In this document: positions 26,620-27,222 of the stretch, piece by piece
Position numbering within the stretch: position 1 is the first letter of the stretch
How the letters are laid out: the number at the start of each line of letters is the position of its first letter
DNA from: a virus
Taxonomy: Duplodnaviria; Caudoviricetes
Direction: 5' to 3' (one strand)
IMG/VR virus record: IMGVR_UViG_3300028638_000208
Coordinates: 1-27,222 of that record
DNA: 27,222 nucleotides
Made by a program: the position numbers and the translations under genes
The notes under the pieces: generated by a model
What the model was told of the DNA's origin: nothing
Databases searched by the model: none
The model's input: the letters and a program-made list of their open reading frames with translations, nothing else

Positions 26620-26627
26620 CAAATATA
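26620..26627 (-). promoter_or_regulatory. Bacteroidota -7 element TATATTTG
   Basis: Exact TAnnTTTG just upstream of the MarR-like gene. Confidence 0.5.
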
Positions 26628-27077
26628 CAACATTTATAACATTCCTTGTTGATAAAAACCTCGAATTAGTTCAATCCACAGCGTTATTTTCTACACTTTT
26701 GTACATAAAATTACCACTCCAATACCAATTAAACCATATTCCAAACTCTTAAAATATCAATTTATACAACACCCATACACTTAATCCCAAACAAACCCAA
26801 CCACACTATATCTCCTAAATACATCACAAGGCTTTAATACAACCCGAATAAAACAGTATCTCACTCAAACCAATACGAACCATTACACATAAATTATACT
26901 ACCTTAAATCGCCTTAAAACAACCAAAAACGAAAAACAACTCAAAAAAAACCTAAAACACTAAATAAATACTCAAAAACCATAAATAACCTATACAGACA
27001 CACAGCAAAGGTCGAGTACTGTATTTAGGGGGGATGGGTTAAAATGGGAAATCGGAATTAGCAAAGGGGGTAGTGTC

Positions 27078-27107
27078 AATGCGTTAATTTTTATAGATTA
27101 ACGCATT
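27078..27107. repeat. Perfect 11-bp inverted repeat in non-coding region
   Basis: AATGCGTTAAT-N8-ATTAACGCATT. Confidence 0.7.
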
Positions 27108-27222
27108 TGATTTGGTATAAAGTAGCCTATCTACTGTTGGTTGGTTTAAAAAGTGATTGTATTGTGTGGACACGGAAAGTATTTTACTTAAATGTTTGTA
27201 AATCAATAGATTAGTATAACAC

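Noticed and set aside
1-27222. Stop-codon reassignment as in some Crassvirales
   Set aside because: Core genes are full length in the standard code, and TAG and TGA both terminate genes at sensible positions.

Overview
AT-rich fragment of a tailed dsDNA phage (or prophage) most likely infecting Bacteroidota, based on repeated TAnnTTTG promoter elements and a crAss-like virion gene order. The left ~15.8 kb is on the minus strand. In transcription order it holds an XRE HTH, a replication-initiator-like HTH protein with internal iterons, a chaperonin module (three-domain GroES-like protein, GroEL, single GroES), a probable small terminase, TerL, portal, scaffold-like protein, major capsid protein, a conserved virion-module protein and a long Cys-rich/Ig-like structural protein running off the left edge. 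The plus-strand arm (15.9-25.5 kb) holds a XerC/D-like tyrosine recombinase, DnaB, YqaJ exonuclease, RuvC-like resolvase, DnaG and small accessory genes. The most notable signal is an integron-like array of two single-gene cassettes with attC-like hairpins and a reconstructable empty recombination site (24.33-25.19 kb). Also notable are the 3-domain plus 1-domain co-chaperonin pair, a kissing-loop leader RNA, a shared late-promoter motif and a 51-bp IS200/IS605-like miniature element that supplies the portal stop codon. All protein calls come from motif recognition by eye; no database search was run.
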